Of a DNA stretch of 64,000 bases, positions 46,782-56,582 are shown in pieces. Source of the stretch: a virus (Duplodnaviria; Heunggongvirae; Uroviricota; Caudoviricetes); the IMG/VR virus record IMGVR_UViG_3300042894_006602. One strand, given 5' to 3'. Below the pieces are notes generated by a model. That model did no database searches and was not told the origin of the DNA. It saw only the letters and a program-made list of their open reading frames with translations. The translations under genes and the position numbers were made by a program. How positions within the stretch are numbered: position 1 is the stretch's first letter; every line of letters starts with the position of its first letter.

Positions 46782-47275
46782 TCAATTAAGTTTCTTAATT
46801 TTATATCTCTTAATATAGGTTTCGTTTTTTCATTTACTAAATGAGTTATTTCATTTTCGCTTCTATAATTCATACCAGTTAAATCATAAGTGCTGTATTG
46901 ATAACCACCCAATATATCTTTCATTATTTGAAGGTGTGTTTCTTCAGTTCTCCAGAAATTTTTTAGCGGAAAAGGTATCCACATATCAATGTTATTAGAT
47001 TGACAGTAACCAATTAGGTCTTTAAATTTATAGGTGTCTTCTTTATAGATATCAACATGAAATAACATTAGATTTTTACCATCAAGTTTTTCTAAATCGA
47101 TTTTATCAGGATGATTACATCCAAATTTAGTCCAGATATAAGGTTCCGATACTTGGTGTCTATAAAGTAACATACATTCTGGAAGACTATAGAATATTTG
47201 ATAACAAGCTCGAGCGGCTACATTCCAAGCGAGCTTGTATTCAATACTCATATCCATTTCTAAAACATTAATCAT
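46778..47275 (-). CDS. hypothetical protein (165 aa)
   Basis: ORF overlapping the next gene by 8 nt. Confidence 0.45.
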   Translation of the reverse strand: MINVLEMDMSIEYKLAWNVAARACYQIFYSLPECMLLYRHQVSEPYIWTKFGCNHPDKIDLEKLDGKNLMLFHVDIYKEDTYKFKDLIGYCQSNNIDMWIPFPLKNFWRTEETHLQIMKDILGGYQYSTYDLTGMNYRSENEITHLVNEKTKPILRDIKLRNLID

Positions 47276-47834
47276 TTAAGAACTTAATAATTTTTTCTTT
47301 TATCCCAGATTGTTTAATACCAATATATTGTTTAGTCATAACAAAATTGGATAATCCACCATTTGAATTACCAGAAACCGGTCCAAACTTTTCACCTAAA
47401 TCCATATCATCAACAGCAACCCAATTAGTAACTTCTGGATGTTGGTCTAACCAAGTTTTAATTTCCTTAATTCTCCACTCCTCTAACTCACTTTGTGTGA
47501 ATTGGGATTTAGACTGATAACTTACTAAATTAGGAGTAACATCAATTGGTGATTTGATAACATCATATTTATCAAACATATCTTGAAGTTCTTCAAGTGT
47601 AGCAAACAACTTCCAATCTGAACTAACAACAATCTCAACATCATAATGTAACAAAATCGAATTGAGAGTTTTAGTTGCTTTAAAATCAAAGTTGTCTAAC
47701 TTAATCCAAGCCGGCATATCATCTTCAGATGAACCAGGAAATTCTTTTTTAAACTTAATCATTTTTTTAGCACGACCACCCCACTGCTCAGCGAGACACA
47801 TCACACCATCGAAATCTAAAAATATTACTTTCAT
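47268..47834 (-). CDS. HAD-like hydrolase
   Basis: N-terminal MKVIFLDFDGVM (DxDGV motif I) and VVSSDW. Confidence 0.5.
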   Translation of the reverse strand: MKVIFLDFDGVMCLAEQWGGRAKKMIKFKKEFPGSSEDDMPAWIKLDNFDFKATKTLNSILLHYDVEIVVSSDWKLFATLEELQDMFDKYDVIKSPIDVTPNLVSYQSKSQFTQSELEEWRIKEIKTWLDQHPEVTNWVAVDDMDLGEKFGPVSGNSNGGLSNFVMTKQYIGIKQSGIKEKIIKFLND

Positions 47835-47863
47835 ATTTTATATATTTAATCAAATATAGTTAA

Positions 47864-48694
47864 TTATTTTGACCAATTAACGTTTTTATTTTTTAATTGT
47901 GGTGTCCAGTAAAGTTTATAAACTGGTTCATCTACATTTACTTTCCACTTATTATAAAAATCTCTTGCCATTTTGATATCTCCTGACCTTATTATCTCTA
48001 TGGATTTTTTATAGAATTTAAATGGTATCTTTTCAAAAATCAAATCATCTATATCACAATCATTACTAAATTTTTCATACCAACTTTCAAATGTCGGTGA
48101 TTCGAAATGTAAAATCACAATATCTTTAGTATTTAAATTGGCAACTTTTCCCTCAAAACCATGAGGGCAAAAAACTTTACCAACTGGTGTGTCTTGTTCA
48201 ATTAACTTTAAACTACTAACTCTGGCTGCACTCTTACCATTGCTGTAGGCTAATTTATTCAATACTTTAAATTTGTTTGTTTGATAAAAAGGATTTTCTA
48301 AATTATCTCGGTCATACACAGCTTCATAATTTTGTATTTTAACAACATCATAATCTTTTGAAACATTGCTAAGTAGTTCTTTTAAATTAAGAACTGAACA
48401 AATTAGTTCATCAGAGTCTATATGAAACAACCAATCAATTTCCAAACTCTGTATTTTTGGCAAATGATGTTGTATCAATTGTTTTTGTCTGTTCATTTGT
48501 GACCAGTAATTATTTCTTTTAGAAGAATTCTCATCAAAAATTACAAAGACATTTTCATACCTATCAATTATTTGAGCAAGTTCTGGTGTATCTTCAACTC
48601 TAAGAAAGATATAATCCACACCTAAACTAAAGTGATAATCTATCCAAGTATCAAAATTAACTGGCTTTCTTACCATCGAACAAATCGCAATCAT
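47864..48694 (-). CDS. possible GT-A-fold glycosyltransferase
   Basis: HIDSDE (DxD-like) and overall alpha/beta character. Weak. Confidence 0.3.
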   Translation of the reverse strand: MIAICSMVRKPVNFDTWIDYHFSLGVDYIFLRVEDTPELAQIIDRYENVFVIFDENSSKRNNYWSQMNRQKQLIQHHLPKIQSLEIDWLFHIDSDELICSVLNLKELLSNVSKDYDVVKIQNYEAVYDRDNLENPFYQTNKFKVLNKLAYSNGKSAARVSSLKLIEQDTPVGKVFCPHGFEGKVANLNTKDIVILHFESPTFESWYEKFSNDCDIDDLIFEKIPFKFYKKSIEIIRSGDIKMARDFYNKWKVNVDEPVYKLYWTPQLKNKNVNWSK

Positions 48695-48727
48695 ACTTAT
48701 ATGATATAGGATTTTTATATATAGTTT

Positions 48728-49285
48728 ATGAAGTATCTTAAAAAGTTTAGACTATTTGAAAAAAGTGCCAGTTCTTTAGTATCTGAACAAATTGATTTAG
48801 TGGAATTAGAGAATATTCTAATTGACTTTGAACAAATGGGTTTAGACTATGATATTAAAGCTGGATCATCTATTGTAATAGATTGGAATTTATTTAACGA
48901 TGATAAAACTGGTGGTACAAAATGTTTACACTCAAGAGAAATTGATAAATACACAAAATCATCTGGTAATTCATTAACAATAGAATTCAATACATCAGAA
49001 CCACATACTTATAATATAAACGAAACATCAGAAGCTTATGAAATGTTAAAGCATTATCTTTTTGATAATTATAATCTAATTCCAAACTATATCTATATTA
49101 ATAGTCATTGGAATTATATGTACTTTGAGGACTTTGATAAGATAAAAGAAATAGAAGTTACTGATAATTGGCAGTTCTCAAATCCGAGCCTTCCATTAAG
49201 ACCAGAAAATACATTTAAAGCACACAAATTAGTTTTTGGATTTTATTTAGATCCTAACGCAGTTTTCAGAGGACCTGAGTTCTAA
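48728..49285 (+). CDS. N-tagged ([13 protein letters not shown]) hypothetical protein
   Basis: Shared N-terminal motif. Confidence 0.5.
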   Translation: MKYLKKFRLFEKSASSLVSEQIDLVELENILIDFEQMGLDYDIKAGSSIVIDWNLFNDDKTGGTKCLHSREIDKYTKSSGNSLTIEFNTSEPHTYNINETSEAYEMLKHYLFDNYNLIPNYIYINSHWNYMYFEDFDKIKEIEVTDNWQFSNPSLPLRPENTFKAHKLVFGFYLDPNAVFRGPEF

Positions 49286-50979
49286 CTACACTCCGGACAA
49301 TCGTGACGTCCATTTCCATCACAATCATAACATTCTCTTTCACCGTCACCATCACAATCACCACACTCTACTCGACCATCACCATCACAGTTTCTACAAT
49401 CGTAATTTCCATCACCATCACATTTGTAGCATTCTTTTCTACCATTACCATCACAGTCTAAGCATTCTTGTTTTCCACTTCCAGAGCAGTTTCCACACTC
49501 TTCTCCGTCTATTTCACCATCACCATCACAATCATCACAATCTACTTTACCATCTCCATTACAAGGATCACAGTATAAATCACCAGCACCATCACAGATA
49601 TGACATAGTTCTTTACCACTTCCATCACAATCATCACAGTCTACATTTCCTCTACCATCACACTCGTAACATTCTCTAGTTCCATCACCATCACAGCTTC
49701 CACATTCAACTCTACCATTTCCGCCACACTCAGAACAAGATCCGTTTCCACCTTCTGTGTCAGTAAGTTCATATTCGTAATCAAAGTTTGATGAATTGTA
49801 AAGCATTCCTTTTCTTGGATTATAATACTTAAATGAATCCATATAAGGATAGTGAGCATACTCACCACCATTATCTAATTCAACAGAGAATTCACCTTGT
49901 CTTTTTTCAACAGTTCCGTCTTCTTTATGAAACTCAAAGTCAGTATATTCACTAAAGTCTTGTCTTGATTTAAACCAATATTTGTTTGCAATGGCCCACT
50001 CTTTAAATAGTTGTTCATCAGCAGTTCTGATACTATAAATTCTTTCCATAACATTTGTCGACAACTCATAAGGTTCCATTTCCCAAAGAATAGCTCTTCC
50101 ACAAATCTTATCTGGATTACTCTCTGACATTAATAACAGAAGTTTACATTGACTATTATCTGTATAAATACTTAAATAGTTTTGACATCTATCATAGCGC
50201 ATACAAGAGCTTCCTAAACTTCCGGATTCTTCTTCATACATACTTCTATGATAGTATTTTTTGATATCTTTTCCTTCTACAACTTTAAATCTTGTATTTA
50301 GAACGTCTTTTAATTTTTCAATCTCAGCACGATACTTATAAACAAAGTCTTCAATTTCAGCGTCTTTGAATTTAACACCGGATTTTGTAAGAAGTGCTCT
50401 AACAAATCTACCAACCGAAACTTCAGAACTACGAACAGCACTTGGGCCATCATTAACTGCAGCTTTATTTATAAGTATTTGATGTTTTTTTCCATTCTTA
50501 ACCCATTGAAAAATAACTAATGGATTTCCTGTTATAAATGAGTATTCAAAATTAGATTTGTATTCAGGAAGAAGTGAACTTATCTCTTGTAAAGTGTAAA
50601 TTTTTACAACTTGACCAACTGTGTCGTTTTCTGGAACAATAAATTCCGACTCCTCGTATTTATCAACTCCACTTCCTTCTATTTTACTTAATTGATACGT
50701 GATTTGTGGATAAATTCCATTTTGACTTATGACCTTACCTGTCTTACCAACTTTATCATCTGGTTTGAAGAAAAGTGTATCAGTTTTTTCTTTATTAATA
50801 TCAATATAGTTTTGGTTGATATCAACTTCTTTACCTTCAATATCAAACAAATGAGTTGATATTGGCGAGTCAATTTTTTTTAGAACAGAAACAAAATCTT
50901 TAGAAAAGTCTATGTTTGCTTCTAATAGCAAAAAAAGGTTAGACTCTGTAATAAAATCGTCATATTTGAATAACTTCAT
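49282..50979 (-). CDS. N-tagged ([14 protein letters not shown]) protein with about 16 tandem DnaJ-type CxxCxGxG zinc-finger repeats at C-terminus
   Basis: The C-terminal 150 aa read [45 protein letters not shown]..., regular C-x2-C-x-G-x-G units. Confidence 0.65.
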   Translation of the reverse strand: MKLFKYDDFITESNLFLLLEANIDFSKDFVSVLKKIDSPISTHLFDIEGKEVDINQNYIDINKEKTDTLFFKPDDKVGKTGKVISQNGIYPQITYQLSKIEGSGVDKYEESEFIVPENDTVGQVVKIYTLQEISSLLPEYKSNFEYSFITGNPLVIFQWVKNGKKHQILINKAAVNDGPSAVRSSEVSVGRFVRALLTKSGVKFKDAEIEDFVYKYRAEIEKLKDVLNTRFKVVEGKDIKKYYHRSMYEEESGSLGSSCMRYDRCQNYLSIYTDNSQCKLLLLMSESNPDKICGRAILWEMEPYELSTNVMERIYSIRTADEQLFKEWAIANKYWFKSRQDFSEYTDFEFHKEDGTVEKRQGEFSVELDNGGEYAHYPYMDSFKYYNPRKGMLYNSSNFDYEYELTDTEGGNGSCSECGGNGRVECGSCDGDGTRECYECDGRGNVDCDDCDGSGKELCHICDGAGDLYCDPCNGDGKVDCDDCDGDGEIDGEECGNCSGSGKQECLDCDGNGRKECYKCDGDGNYDCRNCDGDGRVECGDCDGDGERECYDCDGNGRHDCPECS

Positions 50980-51004
50980 ATGACTATATATTAAATAATT
51001 TTGC

Positions 51005-51047
51005 CTAAAAATAAAAAAGTCTCAGATTTCTCTGAGACTTTTTTTAC
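51005..51047. terminator. bidirectional terminator (GTCTCAGATTTCTCTGAGAC + T7)
   Basis: Perfect hairpin with the same core as the terminator at 37601-37618. Confidence 0.75.
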
Positions 51048-52516
51048 TTTTCATTTCCCTCAATAGTAATTTGTTTCACCTTACCATTAGTTCTTGAAAT
51101 GGGACACTTAACACCAACTGAGATAATCAAAACCTTACCTTTTACTTTTGAAAAATCAAGAGTGTCGGTATAACCATCCGTCAACAATACACTATTACAA
51201 TCGTTGTGATGTTCTACAATGTAGTCAATCATTGGTTGTAAGCAAGTTCCTCCCAATCCTTTAATCGGAATACTTTCAAGTTGTCTTTTACTTTTGATAT
51301 TTTCAACCCAGTTCACTTGTGTATCACTTTCCATGAAATTTATTTCAATATCATTTCGATAAACATAAGAAAGAACTCTCTCAAATGTTCCCTGACCACC
51401 CATTGAACCAGAAGTATCAAGTCCAACATTAATCTTAGTTTTCACCTTACGAGCTCCTTTCAATCCAGAGATACCTTTACGATTAGGCTTAACAATAGTT
51501 CTTTCTTTAACGGTTCCGAAAATCATATTAGAAACTGCTCTTTTGATTTCACGAAGATAATCTTTACGTTTCTTACGAAGTTTGTTCAATGTTTGTTCAA
51601 CATTACCAGCAGAAAGACCACGAGCCGCCAATCGCTCCATAACATCTTTAACCATCGCATCTCTCAATTCTTCTGGAACATCATCACCAATATGTTTATC
51701 AAGATATTCACCGCTACCGTTTTCCATATCTTGGAAGATTTGCTCTTTTGACCATGTGTCGAGTGATTCACCATCTTTTGATGGATTTTTTCCATAAGGC
51801 CCATAAGAAGGCTTTCCAGTAGAGTCTTTACCACCTTCGTTTCCGGTACCATCGCAATCAGGACACTTTTCATCTTGAGGTTGACCATCACCACTACCAG
51901 TGCCAGAACCTTTTTCATCTTTTTTATCACCTTTGCCTTCACCATCAGATTTTTGGCCATCACCTTTGTTATCAGATTTCTTACCAGATCCGTTACAAGA
52001 TTGACATTGTGAGTTTTGTTTTTGCTCTTTTTGCCATTTATCTTTTTCATCTTTTAGCCACTCATACAATTCTTCAAAGATAAGTTTTCCTGTATATTCT
52101 TTTGGAACAAAAAGAGCCATATTCTTACCATCAGAAGATTTTGGAATTTCAACAAACGCATGTGGAATATCCTCCCAAATAACGTGGTTAATAATCATAT
52201 CCTGTGCAATGTTTGACAATTTGTGGTCGTATTGACCAGTAATTGTTCTACGAGGGTGGTTAAAAAGAAGGTGAAAATCTTCGTGTAGAGTGATAAAATT
52301 CACTTCTTTTTGAGACATGTTTTCTAAAAACTTTGGTGAGTAGTAGAAGTTCATGCCCTTTGAGGTTACGTTTACTGCACAAGTTCCGATAGAATCTTGC
52401 TCGTGGAAACTGACGTGTAGGTTAAACTCACCGTAATAAGGAAGATTGATTTTAGTATCAATCAACATTGTTTGGATACCGTTGAGTAATTTTTCGTGGA
52501 TGTTCTTAATTATCAT
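51044..52516 (-). CDS. putative metallopeptidase (HExxH) fused to VWA domain (DUF2201-like architecture) with Gly/Asp/Lys-rich CxxC linker
   Basis: LHEDFHLLFNHP (HExxH). MIDAS-type GLDTSGSMGG. The central low-complexity linker contains CQSC and CPDC. Confidence 0.6.
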   Translation of the reverse strand: MIIKNIHEKLLNGIQTMLIDTKINLPYYGEFNLHVSFHEQDSIGTCAVNVTSKGMNFYYSPKFLENMSQKEVNFITLHEDFHLLFNHPRRTITGQYDHKLSNIAQDMIINHVIWEDIPHAFVEIPKSSDGKNMALFVPKEYTGKLIFEELYEWLKDEKDKWQKEQKQNSQCQSCNGSGKKSDNKGDGQKSDGEGKGDKKDEKGSGTGSGDGQPQDEKCPDCDGTGNEGGKDSTGKPSYGPYGKNPSKDGESLDTWSKEQIFQDMENGSGEYLDKHIGDDVPEELRDAMVKDVMERLAARGLSAGNVEQTLNKLRKKRKDYLREIKRAVSNMIFGTVKERTIVKPNRKGISGLKGARKVKTKINVGLDTSGSMGGQGTFERVLSYVYRNDIEINFMESDTQVNWVENIKSKRQLESIPIKGLGGTCLQPMIDYIVEHHNDCNSVLLTDGYTDTLDFSKVKGKVLIISVGVKCPISRTNGKVKQITIEGNEK

Positions 52517-52582
52517 TTGTTAATTATTTTTTACAAATATAAGTATTTATTTTATTTCGACAAAGATTTTTAGTCAAGTATT

Positions 52583-54346
52583 TTATTCAACAACTTTATT
52601 AATTTTATTATCTCTCATTAAGGCAACTGGAACTTTATGATAATCATCCATTTTTAAAATCTCGGTTCCTTCAGGTAGTGTTAAGGACACACAGGCATCT
52701 TCTACTTGATGTTGAATATAATCATCCAAATCAAAGTCAGATGTGAATTCACCTACATCATACATAGCAGTTACTCCAATAGTTCCTTTAAAGTATGGAA
52801 GTAAGAATGAACCTATTCCACCACCATCTTTCATAGCATCTGGATATTGTTTTTGCCATTTCTTAAACTCTGGTAAAGTCATAATTGAGATAAAACCATC
52901 AGAATCATAAGAACCTTTCATCTTTTTATTACCAACATAAACTTCAAATGAAGTGTAATCATCAGTAATTTCAACAACACGATTATCAACGTGGTCGATT
53001 GTACCTACAACCACTAATGTAGTTTCTTCTTCGTAAGTAACTAAATCTTTAGATTTGATTTTAATCGGAGTTATTTTTGTTTCAACTTCAGTAACTTCAA
53101 CAGTCTCTTTTGTTTCAACTTCTTTCTCTTCTTCTTTACTTTTGTAAGAATTAGATTGACACAATTTATCAAACTCTTCATCTTGAGCAAATCCAGATTT
53201 AATCATCTTAGAAACAAGTTGATGCCAGTTCAATTTACCACGATATTCAAATCCTTCTTCAGTAAGTTTCATCTTACCATCAATGTCCAAAGTAGCAATC
53301 TTTTGATATACTTCTTTTTCTAACTGAAAGTCTTGGTTTGTGATATCATCTGACTTAGCAATATTGATTTTATAGTAACCCTCAGTAAGCATCTTCATTA
53401 AGACATCGGTTTTTAACTTCATAATGTCAGCAATTTTAGCCGCTACTTTAGCCTCAGTTTCATCCAACTCTTCCATATCCTTCATTTCTTCAGATACAAA
53501 GAATACATAACCATTTGGTTCATCACCAGGTTTCATTGTTTCAAGTCGAGTTTCTAATACACCAAGAGCTTCTTTCTTCTCTTCGGCTTTTTGTTCAGCC
53601 ATTTTAGCATCATTTTTATATCGAATGATTTCTTTTTTAGTTTCGTCAATACGATATTCTAACTCAATGATTTTTGCTTCATTCATTTTACGGAATTGTT
53701 GTTCCATATAAGACTCAGCTGCAACTTTTAGTTTATCATTAGGTTCGGATGGGTTTTCTACTTCTTCTAAAATAGTTTTGACATCTTCTTCTGAAAGGTC
53801 GTCTAACATAGAATTCATCACTTCTGAAAGTGCGTGGTCTTCGTCAAATTCACCTTCATCATTACTACCAAATAAATCATCAAGTAAACTTAAACTCTTT
53901 TCAGATACTTCTACTTTATCTTCTTCATCAAAAAGAGATTTTAATTTATCAATAGGTTTTTGATGTTCAACTTCTAAGTAACAACGGTCACCTTTGACAT
54001 CAGCGAACTCTAAACCGCCAACAACAAATTTCTGTGCATAACCAGTAACATCCATTTCATCAATTTCATTAAGTAATCGTTGAATCATAGCTTTATCAGA
54101 AAGATTAGTTCCTTCTTGTTCTTCAATGTTAATTGTACCTTCATCACAAATAGTGATTTTAAAAATAGCACCTTCTAAAACACCAGATAGTCTTTCACCT
54201 TTAAGAAAGGCAACGTCACGTATAAAACGAACACGAGCACCATTAACTGCTGAAACAAAGTTTAGGAATTTTCTTTTAGGTTTAAATTCGCCAATGAGTG
54301 GCTCAGTTCTTACTTCCATTTCTGAATTTTGAATATCTTCTTGCAT
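52583..54346 (-). CDS. large acidic coiled-coil protein (587 aa)
   Basis: Long ORF. No Walker motifs found by eye. Confidence 0.5.
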   Translation of the reverse strand: MQEDIQNSEMEVRTEPLIGEFKPKRKFLNFVSAVNGARVRFIRDVAFLKGERLSGVLEGAIFKITICDEGTINIEEQEGTNLSDKAMIQRLLNEIDEMDVTGYAQKFVVGGLEFADVKGDRCYLEVEHQKPIDKLKSLFDEEDKVEVSEKSLSLLDDLFGSNDEGEFDEDHALSEVMNSMLDDLSEEDVKTILEEVENPSEPNDKLKVAAESYMEQQFRKMNEAKIIELEYRIDETKKEIIRYKNDAKMAEQKAEEKKEALGVLETRLETMKPGDEPNGYVFFVSEEMKDMEELDETEAKVAAKIADIMKLKTDVLMKMLTEGYYKINIAKSDDITNQDFQLEKEVYQKIATLDIDGKMKLTEEGFEYRGKLNWHQLVSKMIKSGFAQDEEFDKLCQSNSYKSKEEEKEVETKETVEVTEVETKITPIKIKSKDLVTYEEETTLVVVGTIDHVDNRVVEITDDYTSFEVYVGNKKMKGSYDSDGFISIMTLPEFKKWQKQYPDAMKDGGGIGSFLLPYFKGTIGVTAMYDVGEFTSDFDLDDYIQHQVEDACVSLTLPEGTEILKMDDYHKVPVALMRDNKINKVVE

Positions 54347-54378
54347 AATTATTTTTTTACAAATTTAGTAAATTATTT

Positions 54379-54765
54379 TTAAATATCATTATTAATGATA
54401 TTAATTTTTACGTCTCTAACTTCTTCTTTAGTTAAAGGCTCTGGAAGTTGATTTCCATCCACATCAACAATATTATCAGTTTCGATGTATTTGTCACCAC
54501 TTTCTTCAATTAGCTCTTGTAAGACAGGATTAAGAGTTTCTTTGTCGTCTTGTATTTCAAATAACTCCATTACTTCATCTCTAAACGGTTGAAAGTTATA
54601 AACAACAGTTGGTTGTTCATCATCATGTTTATCTAAACAAAGAGTCAATAATAAATATAGCTCTTTTCTAGAAAGTGCTTTCATTTCTTCAACTTTATTT
54701 ATAACATTAAAGTTTTTGAAGATATCAACAAACTCGTTTGATACTTTTAATTTTTTTGTTTCCAT
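54379..54765 (-). CDS. hypothetical protein (128 aa)
   Basis: ORF only. Confidence 0.45.
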   Translation of the reverse strand: METKKLKVSNEFVDIFKNFNVINKVEEMKALSRKELYLLLTLCLDKHDDEQPTVVYNFQPFRDEVMELFEIQDDKETLNPVLQELIEESGDKYIETDNIVDVDGNQLPEPLTKEEVRDVKINIINNDI

Positions 54766-54776
54766 ATTTTTTTATC

Positions 54777-54983
54777 TTATTCTTTTTCGTCAATTATAGG
54801 ATTTCCATATTTGTCCCACTTCATGTCACTATTGATAAAGGTTTTATTAATAGTTTCATTATTAAAAAAGGAATCAGTCACAAAAAATAAAATTGTTCCT
54901 ACAACAACACAAACAGGTAATATTACCCACCAAAAATTTATTAACATAAAGTTAGAAAATTCTATAAACTCATTCATTTTCAT
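54777..54983 (-). CDS. small membrane protein
   Basis: One TM helix. Confidence 0.35.
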   Translation of the reverse strand: MKMNEFIEFSNFMLINFWWVILPVCVVVGTILFFVTDSFFNNETINKTFINSDMKWDKYGNPIIDEKE

Positions 54984-55278
54984 CGGTTTTTATAATTTGA
55001 TTTATTTTTTCGTCTCTTAGATTTTGAATATCATATTCAAACATTATCTTAAACCAGGCTCTTTGTATTTCTTGTTTTTCACCTTGTTCATTTACAACCC
55101 AGTATTTTTTCCAACCCCCATTCAATTTAAACCCATCTTCAAATGACCAAGTTTCATACTCACCGTCATACCACTTTCCCTTTTCAAAAGTTACTAAATC
55201 CGTATCAAATAATCTACTGGATTTACCACTTGATATTTTTGTAGTTCCTTTACAAAGAAATTTTGACTTGACAATCAC
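54970..55278 (-). CDS. hypothetical protein (102 aa)
   Basis: ORF only. Overlaps its neighbours. Confidence 0.4.
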   Translation of the reverse strand: MIVKSKFLCKGTTKISSGKSSRLFDTDLVTFEKGKWYDGEYETWSFEDGFKLNGGWKKYWVVNEQGEKQEIQRAWFKIMFEYDIQNLRDEKINQIIKTDENE

Positions 55279-55784
55279 AGACCAAGTTTTTCTAATTTAT
55301 ATTCTCTGTAATCTTGTTTAGAAACAGAACCTAATTCATATGCTCTTTGAAAAAAAACTTCGAAGATTTCTTCCTGTTTCATTTTCTTAGCAGCAATTGC
55401 TCTATTAATTGCTTTGCCTTCATTAGTTATGCGGTTGGCTTGTGTTCTAGCAAGAGATATCATTTTATCAACATCTCCATCTGATTTTTCCACTATGTCA
55501 GATACCCTTTTAATATTTTTTTGAAATTCTTCAAATGATTGAGGTTGTTCTTTTAAATCCATATATTTTTTTAATTTATCTTCCAATATACCAAAACAAT
55601 GATTAAATCCATTCTGGAGTCTTATTCCATTCCATTCACATTTACCAGAAAGGTTTTGTTCATAAATTTCTCCAGTATCTCTATTCTTTCTTCTTGTGAT
55701 TTTACCTTTAAACCAAAACCAATAACAATTTAATCTTTCTTCTTTTAAGAAGTCAGAATAAAAAGTATTGTTCCATTTCTCCAT
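55275..55784 (-). CDS. hypothetical protein (169 aa)
   Basis: ORF only. Confidence 0.45.
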   Translation of the reverse strand: MEKWNNTFYSDFLKEERLNCYWFWFKGKITRRKNRDTGEIYEQNLSGKCEWNGIRLQNGFNHCFGILEDKLKKYMDLKEQPQSFEEFQKNIKRVSDIVEKSDGDVDKMISLARTQANRITNEGKAINRAIAAKKMKQEEIFEVFFQRAYELGSVSKQDYREYKLEKLGL

Positions 55785-55822
55785 ATTACAAATATAAATA
55801 GAAATAATGAATAAACAAATAA

Positions 55823-56578
55823 TTAATTCAAAATATCATCAATTCGATTATTCCTGGAGTAAGTGATATCAGACTCTCTGACAACTTCAGATTTATCATA
55901 TTTAATTATTTGTCCTTTAGTCATCATTTTACAAATCTCATAATTAAGTATGAATTCATTATAATTCTTCTCTGCGATAATATCTAAAACAAGATAGTCT
56001 TCTGATTGGTCTTTTACTCTACTTACAATATCACCAATTGTAAATTTGGTTAGTAAGTGTTCTCCACCATCTTCATCATAGCCCCAGATTTTAGAAAATA
56101 TCTCAATCGTATCTTCTAAGAACATAACATAAGCCATGATTGAAGATAATTTACCTTGAAATTCATAAGTAAATTTAGTGTATTCTTTTTCTTTAATTTT
56201 ATGTTCAGTTTGTGTCTTTGATTTGATAATTGATTCAGAAACATGAATATCTTTAATATGCTCTTGATTTTTGTTATCTTCAAATAATGTTTTTGTTTCT
56301 ATTTCGTTTGAGAACCATTTGTTAAAAATATGAAAGAAATTATCTACTCTGTTTTTAGCAACCGAAAACGAAAAACTAAATTTCATGTGTGGGTCAAGTG
56401 TAATCACTTCTTCTTGTGGATCTGTTCCAAACGAACCTAATCCTTTTCTTACTGTCTGTTTAAAGACTATCATAGGAAATGAATGATGTGTGTGATATCT
56501 CGGTATCACAAAATATGAAGTTCCATCCAATCTGTTATTCCAATTCATTATTTCACTGTCTGATAAATACTTTTTCAT
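55823..56578 (-). CDS. hypothetical protein (251 aa)
   Basis: ORF only. Confidence 0.45.
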   Translation of the reverse strand: MKKYLSDSEIMNWNNRLDGTSYFVIPRYHTHHSFPMIVFKQTVRKGLGSFGTDPQEEVITLDPHMKFSFSFSVAKNRVDNFFHIFNKWFSNEIETKTLFEDNKNQEHIKDIHVSESIIKSKTQTEHKIKEKEYTKFTYEFQGKLSSIMAYVMFLEDTIEIFSKIWGYDEDGGEHLLTKFTIGDIVSRVKDQSEDYLVLDIIAEKNYNEFILNYEICKMMTKGQIIKYDKSEVVRESDITYSRNNRIDDILN

Positions 56579-56582
56579 ACCA

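Noticed and set aside
51582-52050. ORFs 51582-51797 (+) and 51664-52050 (-) inside the VWA-peptidase gene
   Set aside because: They are alternate frames of the Gly/Asp/Lys-rich linker and are nested in a 490-aa ORF with clear domain motifs.
52583-54346. 587-aa neighbour of the VWA protein as the expected MoxR AAA+ ATPase
   Set aside because: No Walker A or B motif is found on inspection. It is acidic and coiled-coil-rich instead.
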